From: Smithellaceae bacterium
Lineage (GTDB): Bacteria > Desulfobacterota > Syntrophia > Syntrophales > Smithellaceae
Length of the DNA stretch: 64,000 bases
Direction: 5' to 3'
Assembly (NCBI GenBank): GCA_963667845.2
Contig: CAXXVL010000002.1
Location: forward strand, 2,400,001 to 2,464,000
Below the pieces are notes generated by a model. That model searched no databases. It saw only the letters and a list, made by a program, of their open reading frames with translations, and had not been told where the DNA came from. Every line of letters begins with the position of its first letter. Position 1 is the stretch's first letter. Positions 28,601-38,289 of the stretch are shown here, one piece after another. A program made the position numbers and the translations under genes.

Positions 28601-31389
28601 CCGGCAATATCGACGACCGCAATGTAGAATTTCAGGGCCTCCCTGGAGGCGGCCCAGGAATCGGGCTTGATGCCGATCAGGTATTGCGAATTCCACAGCG
28701 GAACACGCGAAGAGATCGTCGAGATTTCTCCGTTGGGGTCGGCAAATTCCATCTCGCTTAAGAGTTCCTTCGGAACATCCGCCTGCGGCAATTTGTCGAT
28801 GTTGACCCGGAGCGATCCCGCCGGTTCCAGAGTAAGGTTTCTCACGGGCAGCGTGACGCCTTGCGTGCCTTCGCCTTCTTCGCCGTCATCGGCCGCATAC
28901 TCGCCGCGCCGGCTGATGCCTTCGGCCACCTTGCCGTTGGCGAAAACGAAGTCGTCATAGCCATCAAAGGCCCCGATAAATCTGGGGCGCACCTCTGACC
29001 GCAGCTTGACCGGCAGATTCCCCGCGCCGCCGCCGGCCAGATACGAAACGCCAAGGTCGAGCGTCACTTCCCGGGCGCTGATCAGCGGTTTGGCGGGGGG
29101 CTGTATGACGCCGCGCATCAGCGGTATCCGGTATTCTTCGACACGGAAGCCGCCGGCAGGATAGTCTGAGAGTGAAATCCTGTATTGCCCCAGTTTTGCC
29201 TCTTTAGGAATGGCCCAGGTCGTCTCGGCAATTCCCCTGGCATCCCACGTCAGCGGGAATTCATATTTTTGTTCGCTTCCGGAGTGTGTGATGATGACTT
29301 TGTCAGGGCGCTTGGCCTGGGAAAAATAGCGGAACCCCGACGGCGCATGTTCGCGAAGAACATGCTTCATATGCACGGTGTCACCTGCGCGCAGAAGCGT
29401 CCTGTCGAAAATGGTGTGTGCGATGACCGGGTCGTGGTAGGATTCCGAAACAAGCTGAAAACGCCAGGGCTCGATGCCCTTGTCCCAGCTCCCATGCACG
29501 AAGGTCATGTCATCGCCGCTTTGCGCCGTAACAAACAAGCCGCCCTGGAGGCCCGAGAGCTGATAGCTTTCATCATAGCGCCAGTCGTGGTTTTCATCTT
29601 CTTTAAACGAACACATGGGCAGGTCGCTTTCGCCGGGCAGCTTCTCATTAATGGCGGCGACGCCTGCGGCATTGGTCTTGCCTCTCCAGAGAATCTTATC
29701 CTGGCAGCTCCGGATCGTGATGTCGGCTCCTTTGACCGGTTGGGCGCGGTCGAGCGTCGTAACCCAGACGAGCGACGATTCGCGGCCCTGCTTGAAATGC
29801 GCGGAGAGATTGGTGACGAGCGCCGCGGTCTGGACATACAGGGGTTGATCCCCGCCCAAAAGCGATTTGCCTAAGGTTCGGCTTTCCAGTTCCACAACAT
29901 AGAAGCCCGGACGGCCAAGCGGTATGCCCATGACTTCGAACGCTTTGGTGCCGTTGGGTTTGGGAAGAGTAACACGCCGGGGCTTGGCGCCGCTTGTGAA
30001 GACGGATTTCGTCCGCGAGACGGTGGCGACTCTTCTGAGCCATCCCTGGATGTCTTTGCCGCGGTCCGCCTTGATATTCAGAATTTTTCCCGAAACGTCG
30101 GCGTTCGCGGTTTTGCTTCCGGCCGATGTGACGCTCAACTCCGAGAGCTTGAGCGATGCTTCCAGGTTGCGGACCGTGACGGGAAGGAGCCCGCCGGCCC
30201 TGGATTCCAGAATACCGAAGCGCCCGGAAAACTTGGCGAGCGGCGGATACTCGCCTGTGCGGACCGCAAGCGGGTATTGATTGGCGTTGACGAGTTTTCG
30301 CGAGGCGTCATCCGTAAGGCCCCGCGGCAGTTCGATCGTAAATTTTGATTTTTCCGGAAACGGTCCGTTAAACGAAACAGAGGAAACGTCTGTTTCGTTC
30401 TGATCGAACACCGCAATCCATATTCCCTTATTGGGTCCGACGATTAATGCAGTGTCCTTTTTCGCTTTTCCGGCGGGCAGAGGCTTTGTCTTGGGATCGG
30501 CCGACCGCAGGACTATTTTTTTGGCTTGCTCTTTAGACACCGGCGCAGTGAAATTAACCGACATCGGGAGAAACGGGATGCAGTCCGATTGCGGGTTCTC
30601 TCTGGAACAGGAAAATTGTGCGACAAACTCGCGGCGCGTTTCGTAGGCGAAGACCTGGTCGAGCTCAGTTGCCACGCCCGTTTTTGATTTTATGCCTTTG
30701 CCCCAGATGAGTCTAAGCTTGGTATCGTTGGGGAAGCGCTGCTTGCACTGGATTAAAATAATCGGGGGTTCCTTCTTGTCCGCGTCCGACCGTCCGTACC
30801 GCCCCCGTCTCATCGCGTGGGTCGCGAGGAGTTTGTCTCTGGCTTTTCCCTCGATGATTCGAATGCCGATGGGATCAACGATGCCGTCGACCGAGAAGGT
30901 GACGTGCCTGAGGACGGACGCGATGTCCGGTTCGGCGTCGAGGGTCAGAATGAAAATCTGTTCTTCATCGATAATGTTGAAGCCTTCATACGGCATTTGC
31001 CGGATAACGGCGGGGCCGCCCGTGGAAAAATTGAAAACCGTCCGTCCCGTAAGGGTAGCCCCGGCCAGGCTTTTCAGGCCGGGCCTCAGGGTGAATTTGC
31101 AGGCAACACCCGCGGGAAGGTCCGCAGTGAAATCATAAATCCAGTTCCTGCCGTCCGCCCAGCGGCTTTTGCCCGGGGCGGAGCAGGCGATATCGAAGGG
31201 ATCGGAGAGACTCCGCGGGTCGCCGAAGGGCACCATCTGTTCAGAGAACCGGACGCTCACCTGGCGGACGCCTTTCACCGTACCCTGGGGGCTGAAGACT
31301 TCCACTCCCGGCGGATCGGCGGCGAATCCGGAAAAATTCCAGAAGAAGAACAGGAAAAGAATGGCCACGGCGGATAAGGTACGTCTCAT
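25633..31389 (-). CDS. Bacterial alpha-2-macroglobulin
   Basis: About 1918 aa; MG-domain motifs, thioester motif CLEQ, C-terminal PATRVEAMYYPE; AGGAG precedes ATG 31389. Confidence 0.93.
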   Translation of the reverse strand: MRRTLSAVAILFLFFFWNFSGFAADPPGVEVFSPQGTVKGVRQVSVRFSEQMVPFGDPRSLSDPFDIACSAPGKSRWADGRNWIYDFTADLPAGVACKFTLRPGLKSLAGATLTGRTVFNFSTGGPAVIRQMPYEGFNIIDEEQIFILTLDAEPDIASVLRHVTFSVDGIVDPIGIRIIEGKARDKLLATHAMRRGRYGRSDADKKEPPIILIQCKQRFPNDTKLRLIWGKGIKSKTGVATELDQVFAYETRREFVAQFSCSRENPQSDCIPFLPMSVNFTAPVSKEQAKKIVLRSADPKTKPLPAGKAKKDTALIVGPNKGIWIAVFDQNETDVSSVSFNGPFPEKSKFTIELPRGLTDDASRKLVNANQYPLAVRTGEYPPLAKFSGRFGILESRAGGLLPVTVRNLEASLKLSELSVTSAGSKTANADVSGKILNIKADRGKDIQGWLRRVATVSRTKSVFTSGAKPRRVTLPKPNGTKAFEVMGIPLGRPGFYVVELESRTLGKSLLGGDQPLYVQTAALVTNLSAHFKQGRESSLVWVTTLDRAQPVKGADITIRSCQDKILWRGKTNAAGVAAINEKLPGESDLPMCSFKEDENHDWRYDESYQLSGLQGGLFVTAQSGDDMTFVHGSWDKGIEPWRFQLVSESYHDPVIAHTIFDRTLLRAGDTVHMKHVLREHAPSGFRYFSQAKRPDKVIITHSGSEQKYEFPLTWDARGIAETTWAIPKEAKLGQYRISLSDYPAGGFRVEEYRIPLMRGVIQPPAKPLISAREVTLDLGVSYLAGGGAGNLPVKLRSEVRPRFIGAFDGYDDFVFANGKVAEGISRRGEYAADDGEEGEGTQGVTLPVRNLTLEPAGSLRVNIDKLPQADVPKELLSEMEFADPNGEISTISSRVPLWNSQYLIGIKPDSWAASREALKFYIAVVDIAGAPVIGAAVKVNILERKTYSHRKRLIGGFYAYEHTTETKNIGTICEGKTGARGLLVCEAKAPVSGNVILQAESADAAGHRTIANRDIWVADKEDWWFDVSDSDRIDLIAEKKRYEPGDKAVFQVRMPFREATALVTVEREGILDTWVRPLSGKNPVIEIPVKASYAPNVYISALLVRGRVAGIGPGNKVDLGKPAYKLGIAEINVGWKNHELKVSVTPDAKIYKVRDKAKVKIKVLTASGQALPAHAEVAVAAVDEGLLELMPNRSWEILAAMMGRRGTSVKTATAQMQVVGKRHFGLKALAQGGGGGLGPGHEPTREMFDPLLLWKGRVTLDARGEASLEVPINDSLTSFRIVAVATAGAGYFGTGYASIRSTQDLMVLSGVTPLIREGDKFFAGFTLRNTTNQPMEVTLRATVSEMKWQIEPLHATLAAGESKEIGWNATAPFGIEKMHWTIDAKDTKSGAADRIKIAQAIVPATPVRTYQATITQLDSPFRMDVERPADALAGRGGVKTTLKPKISDGLDGVTDYMRRYSYTCLEQRISRAIALHDAALWKETMAKLPAHLDDTGLARYFPMSFLCGSPSLTAYILAIAHEAGLIIPEAAREKMQSGLKNFIDGKFICASSFSAADLSIRKLAAIEALSRDGKATAAMLGSISIDPNLWPTSALIDWRNILRNVRDLPQREARIREAEQILRSRMNFQGTTMGFSTERSDRLWWLMVSVDVNAVRALITLMNEPGWKEDMPRLAQGALARQKRGHWDLTVANAWGVLAMDKFSKTFEAVPVGGQTATTLAQQTRVLKWNTDPRGRSELLAWPQKKSALSVNHTGTGKPWLTVSSLAAIPLKEPFSSGYRIKKTITAVSQKNPQRWTRGDVIRIRLDLEAQADQTWVVVNDPVPAGTTILGGGLGRDSEMLTSGEKKEGWVWPAFEERSFEAFRAYYEFVPKGTWRVEYTIRLNTGGTFHLPATRVEAMYYPEMLGEMPNAAMTVAP

Positions 31390-31487
31390 AACGTTTCTCC
31401 TTTTCAAGAAGATTCAAGGATCAATGGACAAGATGTTTCGGCGGTAAAAATTCTTTTTCAAGATGGCGCTTTTGCTTCAGGGCTCGG

Positions 31488-31516
31488 ATAATACGTGAAT
31501 CCATTCCGACCGTCAA
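31488..31516 (-). promoter_or_regulatory. sigma70-type promoter of the alpha2M-pbpC operon
   Basis: TTGACG-N17-TATTAT on the minus strand. Confidence 0.55.
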
Positions 31517-31953
31517 TATCTAATAAGCTTTGAATATGCGTAAAGATTTCTTCCGGAGAGACTTTTTTCGAAGATTCAATCGCGTATATGGACGATACAA
31601 AATTGAACCGCAAAAAGGACGATTAGAACAAAATTGTCTGGAGCAAAAAGGATTGCCAATCTCCTTCATTATTTTTTTCAGTGATTTGCCGGTGACGACG
31701 GTGTTGTCTCCCTTTCGCGTAACCTTCAGGTTAGGAGGGGGTTAGGGGGAGGTGTGTTACGTGATGCTTCTTTGATCCTCTTGGGGTATCATCGGCTGTT
31801 TTGTCTGGCGGTTCGCAGATGAGGGGGGCTGTTTCAATCCTCCCTGCACCCCCTCACGGAGGGGGATACAGGGAGGAATACAAAGGAGGAGAGGGGACAT
31901 AAAAAATAGCGTCTAACTTTGCGCGACATATAGGAGGAACAGCCTATTTTCCC

Positions 31954-34545
31954 TTACTTGGCAAAGAAGCAGATCATTTTTTGTGTCACGATGTCCGAAA
32001 GCAGGCGCAGATCCTTTGCCCGGACATCAATCACGTGTACCACCTTGGCCATGTTCGAGGCGTCCGGCATCAGGTCCGTGAGGATATTCGGCTGCTTTTT
32101 GATCCAGGCGGAATTGAAAATGACGTCGTCTTTTTCGGGATAGATGGCCATATAAAAAATATCCATTTCGACCATGTCCTGGAAAAAATGAGTTCCGAAA
32201 GACAAATCCGGGATGAGCGACCCATCCTGATAGGCGATCTCGCCGATGGCCGTGACGTTGTTGATTTCCGAGAATGTCACCGGCACGCCCATGGCGGGGG
32301 TCGTGGTTCCCCAGCGACCCGGCCCCAGGAGGATCGTCGGCATCTTCTCGCGCTTTCCGATTTGTTTGTTGAGCTTGCCTGTGAGCCTTGCCACCTCGTG
32401 TTTCTCGGCCAGGCTCAATCCGGTGTAGCCCTGCGGGTCGATATAGATGATGCGGGAAATGGCCTGATAGACGCTGCCGCCCATAAAATTAGCGTCCTGC
32501 TTGAACAGAATTTTGGACTTGCTGATTTTTTCCGGCAGCTCGACGCGGCTGTAATGTCCCTTGGTCTGGAACGGACGGCATTGCAGCAGGTTGATCTGAG
32601 GCCTGCCCTGCGCGGTGATGTTCACTGTAAATTCGATATCCACCGGGTAGCGATAGACCTGCTCCAGTTTCTTCAGCATGCTGGACATCGTCGCGGCAAA
32701 AGGTGTGCTGCCCAGCAATTCGTCAAAGGTCAGAATCCAGGTGTCTTTGTCGTGCCTCCCGATCGATTGCAGGTATTCGGCCGCGGCCACATCACGCTCG
32801 GCAATCAGTTCCAGGTGCGGCTCGATGTCCTCTGTGAGCAGCCCCGCCGCCGGCAGGGTCTGAAAGGCGTTTTCCGGCAGATTCAAAAGATCCACTTCAC
32901 TCTGGGAAAAGCGCTTGATATCTTCCTGTTTGGCGTAAGGTTTGGTGAGCGGTGCGTCCAGCGCCACGATGCGCGGATAGTCGTTTTCCACGCGGTTTAC
33001 CGCCCTCGTTCCCAGGCCGAAGACGATGCGCAGCATCCCGGCTTTCGGGTCCATGCCTTTTTGCCAGACGAACGTATTGTACGATAAACCGACGCCCGCC
33101 AGGTCCGGGAAAAAATAGATGTTGCGGTGCGAGCCGGAAACGCGTTGAACGAGGAGCGCCATCTGTTCATCCTGCTGGGCCATACCGCGCTGCAGCCGGT
33201 ACGTCAGGGCGTCTTCATTCATGGTGGAGGCGAAAATTTTGCGGACGGCTTCTTCAAAATGCCGGTAGCGTTCTTCGGGCGTTCCCTGGTTGACGCAGAA
33301 ATAGCTTTCGTATTTTCCGGCAAAGGCATTGCCGAAGGCGTCCTCGAGAAGCGAACTGGACCGCACGATGATCGGGGACTGGCCGTAATATTCCAGCATG
33401 AGCTGAAACTGCTCTTTGACTTCGTCGGGGAAGACGCCGTGCAGCATCTTGCTTTTCAGCTCGCGGGCGACTTCAAAATAGCCCTCGTCGGTCTTCTGCG
33501 CCATCAGCAGTTTCCACCAGCCGTTTTGCACCATGTAGGAGTAGAAGATATCCGAACCAATGTAGAAGGAATCGTGAATTTCGAGCTCGGCATTCCAGTC
33601 GCGGGTCGGGTCCTTGCGCAGGATATTGCGCGCGAGCAGCATGCCCACGGATTTTCCGCCGATAAACCCCGTTCCGATCAGGCGCTTCTTGATCTCGACC
33701 AGATCTTCCAGGGAAAAATATTCCTTGACCAGCGACAGCATGCGTTTCTCGCGTCCGATCAAAACCCGCGAGAGCGACTCGACCATCTCTTCTTTTTCCT
33801 TCTCGGCATCGGGATCTTCGAGGACGCGGGTGGCTCTGAGGAAAAGCCGGTCCCAATAATCCAGGTTGCGCACGCCGCTCGTTGCATTCTTGTCCGTGAG
33901 AAAATGCAGAATGCTTGCGGCATCCGCGCTGTTCAGGATAGGGACGAACTTCTCGTTTTCCAGAATATGCGGCAGAAACATCGTCGGCGTATAGCGTTTC
34001 CAGGCTTTGAGCGGATGGATGCATACTTTGCCGTCGTTGTTGTAAACATCCAGGAGCACCTGCGTGGTTTCCCGAATCCGCGCCACGGTTTTGAAGGAGT
34101 GGCGGCTGCGCAGGATCGCGAAATACGCGACCGTGTTCAGTTCGAAGAGATAGGGGCAGGTGATGACAAAGAAATTGCCGATCATCAGGTCGGTGGCCCA
34201 GGCCATAAGCAGATCGGAGAGGCAGTCAAAGACATAGAATACATCGCGGCCCTCGTCGCGCACAATGTTGTGGACCTGGGTCGAAAAGGATTCAAACCCT
34301 TCATTGGCGTTGAGCGTATAGATCTTGACTCTGTCGCTGGGTCCGAGCAGGGGAGGGTGGTTGGCAAAGCGCATATAGACGAGGCGGTGACTTCGCTCCA
34401 GCGCCGCCTCCACGTAGGGATCAACAAATCGTTTGTAGTCGGCGATGTCGTCTACCTGCCAGACGACATTGTCGCCCATCTGCAGATAATTGAGCATTTC
34501 ATCCAGGCCGGCGATGCCGGTGGTCACGCGGGCAAAAGGTGTCAT
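31954..34545 (-). CDS. PEP-synthase/PPDK nucleotide-binding-domain protein with RecA/KaiC-like N-terminus
   Basis: IGGKSVG, IVRSSSLLED..FAGKYES, DIEF, LLQCRP; N-terminal TTGIAGLDEML. Confidence 0.8.
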   Translation of the reverse strand: MTPFARVTTGIAGLDEMLNYLQMGDNVVWQVDDIADYKRFVDPYVEAALERSHRLVYMRFANHPPLLGPSDRVKIYTLNANEGFESFSTQVHNIVRDEGRDVFYVFDCLSDLLMAWATDLMIGNFFVITCPYLFELNTVAYFAILRSRHSFKTVARIRETTQVLLDVYNNDGKVCIHPLKAWKRYTPTMFLPHILENEKFVPILNSADAASILHFLTDKNATSGVRNLDYWDRLFLRATRVLEDPDAEKEKEEMVESLSRVLIGREKRMLSLVKEYFSLEDLVEIKKRLIGTGFIGGKSVGMLLARNILRKDPTRDWNAELEIHDSFYIGSDIFYSYMVQNGWWKLLMAQKTDEGYFEVARELKSKMLHGVFPDEVKEQFQLMLEYYGQSPIIVRSSSLLEDAFGNAFAGKYESYFCVNQGTPEERYRHFEEAVRKIFASTMNEDALTYRLQRGMAQQDEQMALLVQRVSGSHRNIYFFPDLAGVGLSYNTFVWQKGMDPKAGMLRIVFGLGTRAVNRVENDYPRIVALDAPLTKPYAKQEDIKRFSQSEVDLLNLPENAFQTLPAAGLLTEDIEPHLELIAERDVAAAEYLQSIGRHDKDTWILTFDELLGSTPFAATMSSMLKKLEQVYRYPVDIEFTVNITAQGRPQINLLQCRPFQTKGHYSRVELPEKISKSKILFKQDANFMGGSVYQAISRIIYIDPQGYTGLSLAEKHEVARLTGKLNKQIGKREKMPTILLGPGRWGTTTPAMGVPVTFSEINNVTAIGEIAYQDGSLIPDLSFGTHFFQDMVEMDIFYMAIYPEKDDVIFNSAWIKKQPNILTDLMPDASNMAKVVHVIDVRAKDLRLLSDIVTQKMICFFAK

Positions 34546-34566
34546 GATGTTTGTGTCCTTTATTTG

Positions 34567-34663
34567 ATCCCGCTCGGGCGGGACGAGAGTTAATTCCCTG
34601 TCGCTTGCTGCAATATAATAACGTTCATTTCATACCTCGACAGCTTGCTGCAAGACGGTTGGC
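34567..34663 (+). repeat. ~97-bp palindromic dispersed repeat, copy 1
   Basis: ATCCCGC..GCGGGAC..GTTAA..GCTTGCTGC..TTCATTTCATACCTCGACAGCTTGCTGC..GGTTG; aligns with 39379 and 63341. Confidence 0.85.
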
Positions 34664-34892
34664 TTTTCAGTGGAACAAATTTGTTCGTTCCGATGATCGG
34701 ATAGATCCTCACCCCAAAGATCAGGGCTGACGAGCTTTCTCACAATAAGTAAGCTATTACAATCTTTTATGTCAACACCGGTTTTCCGGACCGTTGATCT
34801 TCGGCCCCCGGCAACTGCCGCAGCAAAAGCTATTTCAAAAATGAATCAATTATTATGCCAGAAGTTCATTTTTGTAAAATTTGTCTTTTGCC

Positions 34893-34921
34893 TTGACATC
34901 TTTTTTTGCAGACTCTACAGT
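34893..34921 (+). promoter_or_regulatory. sigma70-type promoter of the membrane-protein operon
   Basis: TTGACA-N17-TACAGT; favours ATG 34974 over the ORF-track start at 34881. Confidence 0.55.
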
Positions 34922-34973
34922 CTGCACCAAAGCAATCAGGTTCCTCACTAAAAAAAGTAAATCTAAAACAGTC

Positions 34974-35924
34974 ATGATGATCGCAGACCTTTTGAGAAAA
35001 TTGCGCGGCGAAAAAAAACTCGAAAACGGGCAGGTTGACGTGCTCCTCGATCTGCAGGAGAAGAGAATCTTCTCCGTCCACCGGGAGCTGCGTTTTTTTC
35101 TTTACCTCGGAATCCTGATGGTCATCACGGGAGCTGGCCTCACCGTCAAACAATACTTCCTGAACCTGGGCGACCTGGTCATCATCTCCGCGCTCACACT
35201 CTTCGCCGCCGCGGCCTTCATTTACTGCTTCTCAAAAGGCGGCCCCTTCGCCCGGGAAGCCGTTTCCCCGCCCAATGTCGTCTTTGATTATGTTTTATTT
35301 TTCGGCTGCGCGCTCTTTTCCATGGATGTCGCCTACATTGAACTGCAGTATCACGTGCTGGGCGACGCCTGGAAAAACTATCTGCTGATATCGGTTGCCC
35401 TGTTTTTCTTTCTCGCGTACCGGTTTGACAACCGTCTGGTATTGTCGCTGGCCCTCTCGACGCTTGCCGCCTGGTTCGGCTTTACGCTCTCGGGCTTCCG
35501 GCTCTTTTCGCTTCAGGAATACTACCGCCTCTACACCATTGCTTACGCATTGATTGTGCTGGGCGCGGGAGGAATGGCCTGGCGGCTGGATGTCAAAAAA
35601 CACTTCTTTGACATCTACCTGAATTTTGCGATCCACTTCCTCTGCATTGCGCTCATCGCCGGCGTTGCCCAGTATAAAATCCTGTCGCTGTATTTCCCGG
35701 CGCTTCTCGTTACCTGCGCGGCGCTCGCTTTTTATTCCGTGAGAGCCCGCAAATTTCTCTATATGCTTTACGCCGTGATTTACGGATACATCGGCATCAG
35801 CATTGTGATATTTGATTTCATCCACCGGGAGACCTTCCTCGTTTTTGCCTATTTCATTATCACATCGCTGGGCGTAGTGGGCCTGATCTTTAAGATGTCG
35901 CGCCGGTTGAAGGAGGGTGAATGA
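34974..35924 (+). CDS. DUF2157-like multi-pass membrane protein
   Basis: FSVHRELRFFLYLG followed by many TM helices. Confidence 0.7.
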   Translation: MMIADLLRKLRGEKKLENGQVDVLLDLQEKRIFSVHRELRFFLYLGILMVITGAGLTVKQYFLNLGDLVIISALTLFAAAAFIYCFSKGGPFAREAVSPPNVVFDYVLFFGCALFSMDVAYIELQYHVLGDAWKNYLLISVALFFFLAYRFDNRLVLSLALSTLAAWFGFTLSGFRLFSLQEYYRLYTIAYALIVLGAGGMAWRLDVKKHFFDIYLNFAIHFLCIALIAGVAQYKILSLYFPALLVTCAALAFYSVRARKFLYMLYAVIYGYIGISIVIFDFIHRETFLVFAYFIITSLGVVGLIFKMSRRLKEGE

Positions 35925-37144
35925 AGCTCAGCATCTATGCATCCGAACAGGAAGAAAAAATCTACCTGCGCGGCGAGGCCGCAACGTGGAAGCGGTCGGG
36001 TCTCATCACACAAGACCAGCTCAGTGCTATAAATGATGCGGCAGATCCGGAGCTTCAGCAAACCAACCTGTTCTTCCGGATCCTCTTTTTTATTTTTACG
36101 TTGCTCGGCGCCGGCGCGGTTGTGGGATTGATCATCTGGATCATTGTCAGCAACGGAGGCGCGCAAAGCCAGAAAGCGGCGGCGGCTTTTACATTGGCCT
36201 CAAGTATTGCCTATTTCTTTCTGGCCGATCTTCTGGCGAAGGCGCACCGCCTTTACCGCTATGGAATAGAAGAAGCGCTGCTCATGTTCGGGATGGTCTG
36301 TTTTGTGATCAGCATTTTAGTTCTTCTCGGGATAGAAAATCATTTCAGTCAGCATGAAATTGCCGTCGCCGTCTGCTTGTTATTCGTTGTCCTCGCGGGC
36401 TTGATCTATCTGCGCTTCGGTTATTTGTACATGGCCGTGATCAGCCTTGCCGCGCTCTGCGCCATTCCATTTCAACTCGACTTGCCGCCCGTCGCGGAAA
36501 GATTGCTGCTCACGCTGATTCTGTGCGCCGCATTTATTTCCGGTCTGGCCGCTGATAAAGCAGGCGGCGAAGACTTCCGCAAGCATCGGAACACCATCAT
36601 GCTGGCGGGCCTGCTTGCCGCGATTTACTTTACCGTCAACCTGGAAATTCTCGGCCTGATCGGATCACTGCTTAAAGATAAGTACGTCGTTCATCTGAAT
36701 CCCCGGCTGTTCCCGCCCTGGCTGTACTGGTCGTCTTACGCGCTCTCATTTATCATTCCCGCAGCGGGGATCATCTGGGGGATTAAAAGCCGCAGGCGTC
36801 TGATCCTGAACGTGGGCCTCATCATGGCCATAGCGACACTCGCGACCAACAAGAGCTATCTGGGGATGACGCGCTACGCCTGGGACCCCGCAATTCTCGG
36901 GTTCATTCTGATTGCCTTGTCCCTTCTGATCGACCGCTGGCTTACGCGCGGTCCGCAAAAAGCCCGGCATGGCTTCACCGCCGAGAGTATTTTGAAGCCC
37001 GAAGACCACGGCGTCGGCCTGGCGGACGTCGCAGCGGCGCTGACCCCGGGGGTTATGGGCGCCCAGCAGCCTCCGCAGGCTCCGGAAGGGAAATTCTATG
37101 AGGGCGGCGCTTCGGGAGGCGGGGGCGCGGAAAGAAAATTTTAG
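35921..37144 (+). CDS. Multi-pass membrane protein, partner of the DUF2157-like gene
   Basis: 4-bp overlap; WKRSGLIT, YGIEEAL, Gly-rich C-terminus GGASGGGGA. Confidence 0.75.
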   Translation: MKLSIYASEQEEKIYLRGEAATWKRSGLITQDQLSAINDAADPELQQTNLFFRILFFIFTLLGAGAVVGLIIWIIVSNGGAQSQKAAAAFTLASSIAYFFLADLLAKAHRLYRYGIEEALLMFGMVCFVISILVLLGIENHFSQHEIAVAVCLLFVVLAGLIYLRFGYLYMAVISLAALCAIPFQLDLPPVAERLLLTLILCAAFISGLAADKAGGEDFRKHRNTIMLAGLLAAIYFTVNLEILGLIGSLLKDKYVVHLNPRLFPPWLYWSSYALSFIIPAAGIIWGIKSRRRLILNVGLIMAIATLATNKSYLGMTRYAWDPAILGFILIALSLLIDRWLTRGPQKARHGFTAESILKPEDHGVGLADVAAALTPGVMGAQQPPQAPEGKFYEGGASGGGGAERKF

Positions 37145-37199
37145 TGTCCGTACATGCCTCCCCCCTACCCCCTCCGAAGGAGACTAAATAAGGTGCTCC

Positions 37200-38090
37200 A
37201 TGAAGATCTTTCCATTTAAAAAAATTGATGTGTTCGCCAGCGGACAATCCGCAGGCAATCCCTGTGCAAGCGTTTACTTAGACTGCGCCTCGGACATCAC
37301 TCCCGACGAAATGCAGAAGATCGCCTGCGAGCTCGCGGGCTTTGTGAGCGAGGTGGTCTTTGTATTTCCCGAACACGGATGCTTTCGTTTAAAGTACTAT
37401 TCCTCGGAATGTGAAGTGGACTACTGCGGACATGGCACTGTAGGCACCATGTATGACTACATCAAGAGCCATCCCTACCTTCTTTCCAAAGACGTGGTGC
37501 AGATCCGGGTGAAAGACGAGCAGCTTGACGTTTACAACCGGATTGCCGACCAGGACTGTGTTTACATCACCGCGCCCGCTCCGACGTTTCGCGAAAATTT
37601 GCTCGAAGGCCGCGTCATCGCCGGTGCGCTGTATCTGGAGCCCGAAAAGCTTGATCAGCGGTTTGACCCGGCCCTCATCAACGCGGGCCTCAATACGCTG
37701 ATCGTTCCCATCCGCAGGCTGGATGACTGCCTGTCGGTGTGGCCCGACGAAAGATCGCTCAAACAGTTTTGTCACTACAACGGTCTGGATATCATCCTTG
37801 TTTTTACCACCGAGGTTGCCGATTCGGGCCGGAAATTCCGCACGCGCGTGTTCGCTCCCAAATTCGGCTACCTGGAAGATCCGGCCACGGGGTCCGGCAA
37901 TGCCGCCTTCGGGTATTACCTGCTTAAGAGAAACCTGTGGGACGGCGCCGGCATCAGCATCGAACAAAACGGCAGCCCGAGCTGCCCGAATATCATCAAG
38001 CTCGACACGGTCAAAATGGCCGGGGGAAGGCGCGTTATTTTCGGCGGTGCGGCTCAGGTGAAAATCAACGGCGTTTACACCCTCGCCTAG
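37200..38090 (+). CDS. PhzF-family isomerase/epimerase
   Basis: IDVF..GNP, EVDYCGHGT, EDPATGSGN. Confidence 0.92.
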   Translation: MKIFPFKKIDVFASGQSAGNPCASVYLDCASDITPDEMQKIACELAGFVSEVVFVFPEHGCFRLKYYSSECEVDYCGHGTVGTMYDYIKSHPYLLSKDVVQIRVKDEQLDVYNRIADQDCVYITAPAPTFRENLLEGRVIAGALYLEPEKLDQRFDPALINAGLNTLIVPIRRLDDCLSVWPDERSLKQFCHYNGLDIILVFTTEVADSGRKFRTRVFAPKFGYLEDPATGSGNAAFGYYLLKRNLWDGAGISIEQNGSPSCPNIIKLDTVKMAGGRRVIFGGAAQVKINGVYTLA

Positions 38091-38289
38091 AGCAAAAGGA
38101 TTCCCGGCTTTTTTTGCGGAGGCATTCCGGGGCGCCGCCAGTGCCCTGTCCGTCAGCCTGCCGCGCCGTTTCCGGCGCCTGGTGGGCCCGAAAAAATTTC
38201 AGGATTTTCACCGGAAATATGATATAAAGCTTTCGCAATCACCGCAATGAAGTTACTATTCTTTAACATTACAATCGAGGAGGTCTTTT

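Noticed and set aside
33127..34593. Long antisense ORFs (488 aa here; also 31981-33087, 24222-25370, 26914-28761)
   Set aside because: Shadows of well-supported opposite-strand genes in GC-rich DNA, with no motifs
34670..34760. Structured leader of the PPDK-like gene as a known riboswitch
   Set aside because: Small hairpins are present but match no consensus I can support; needs Rfam cmscan
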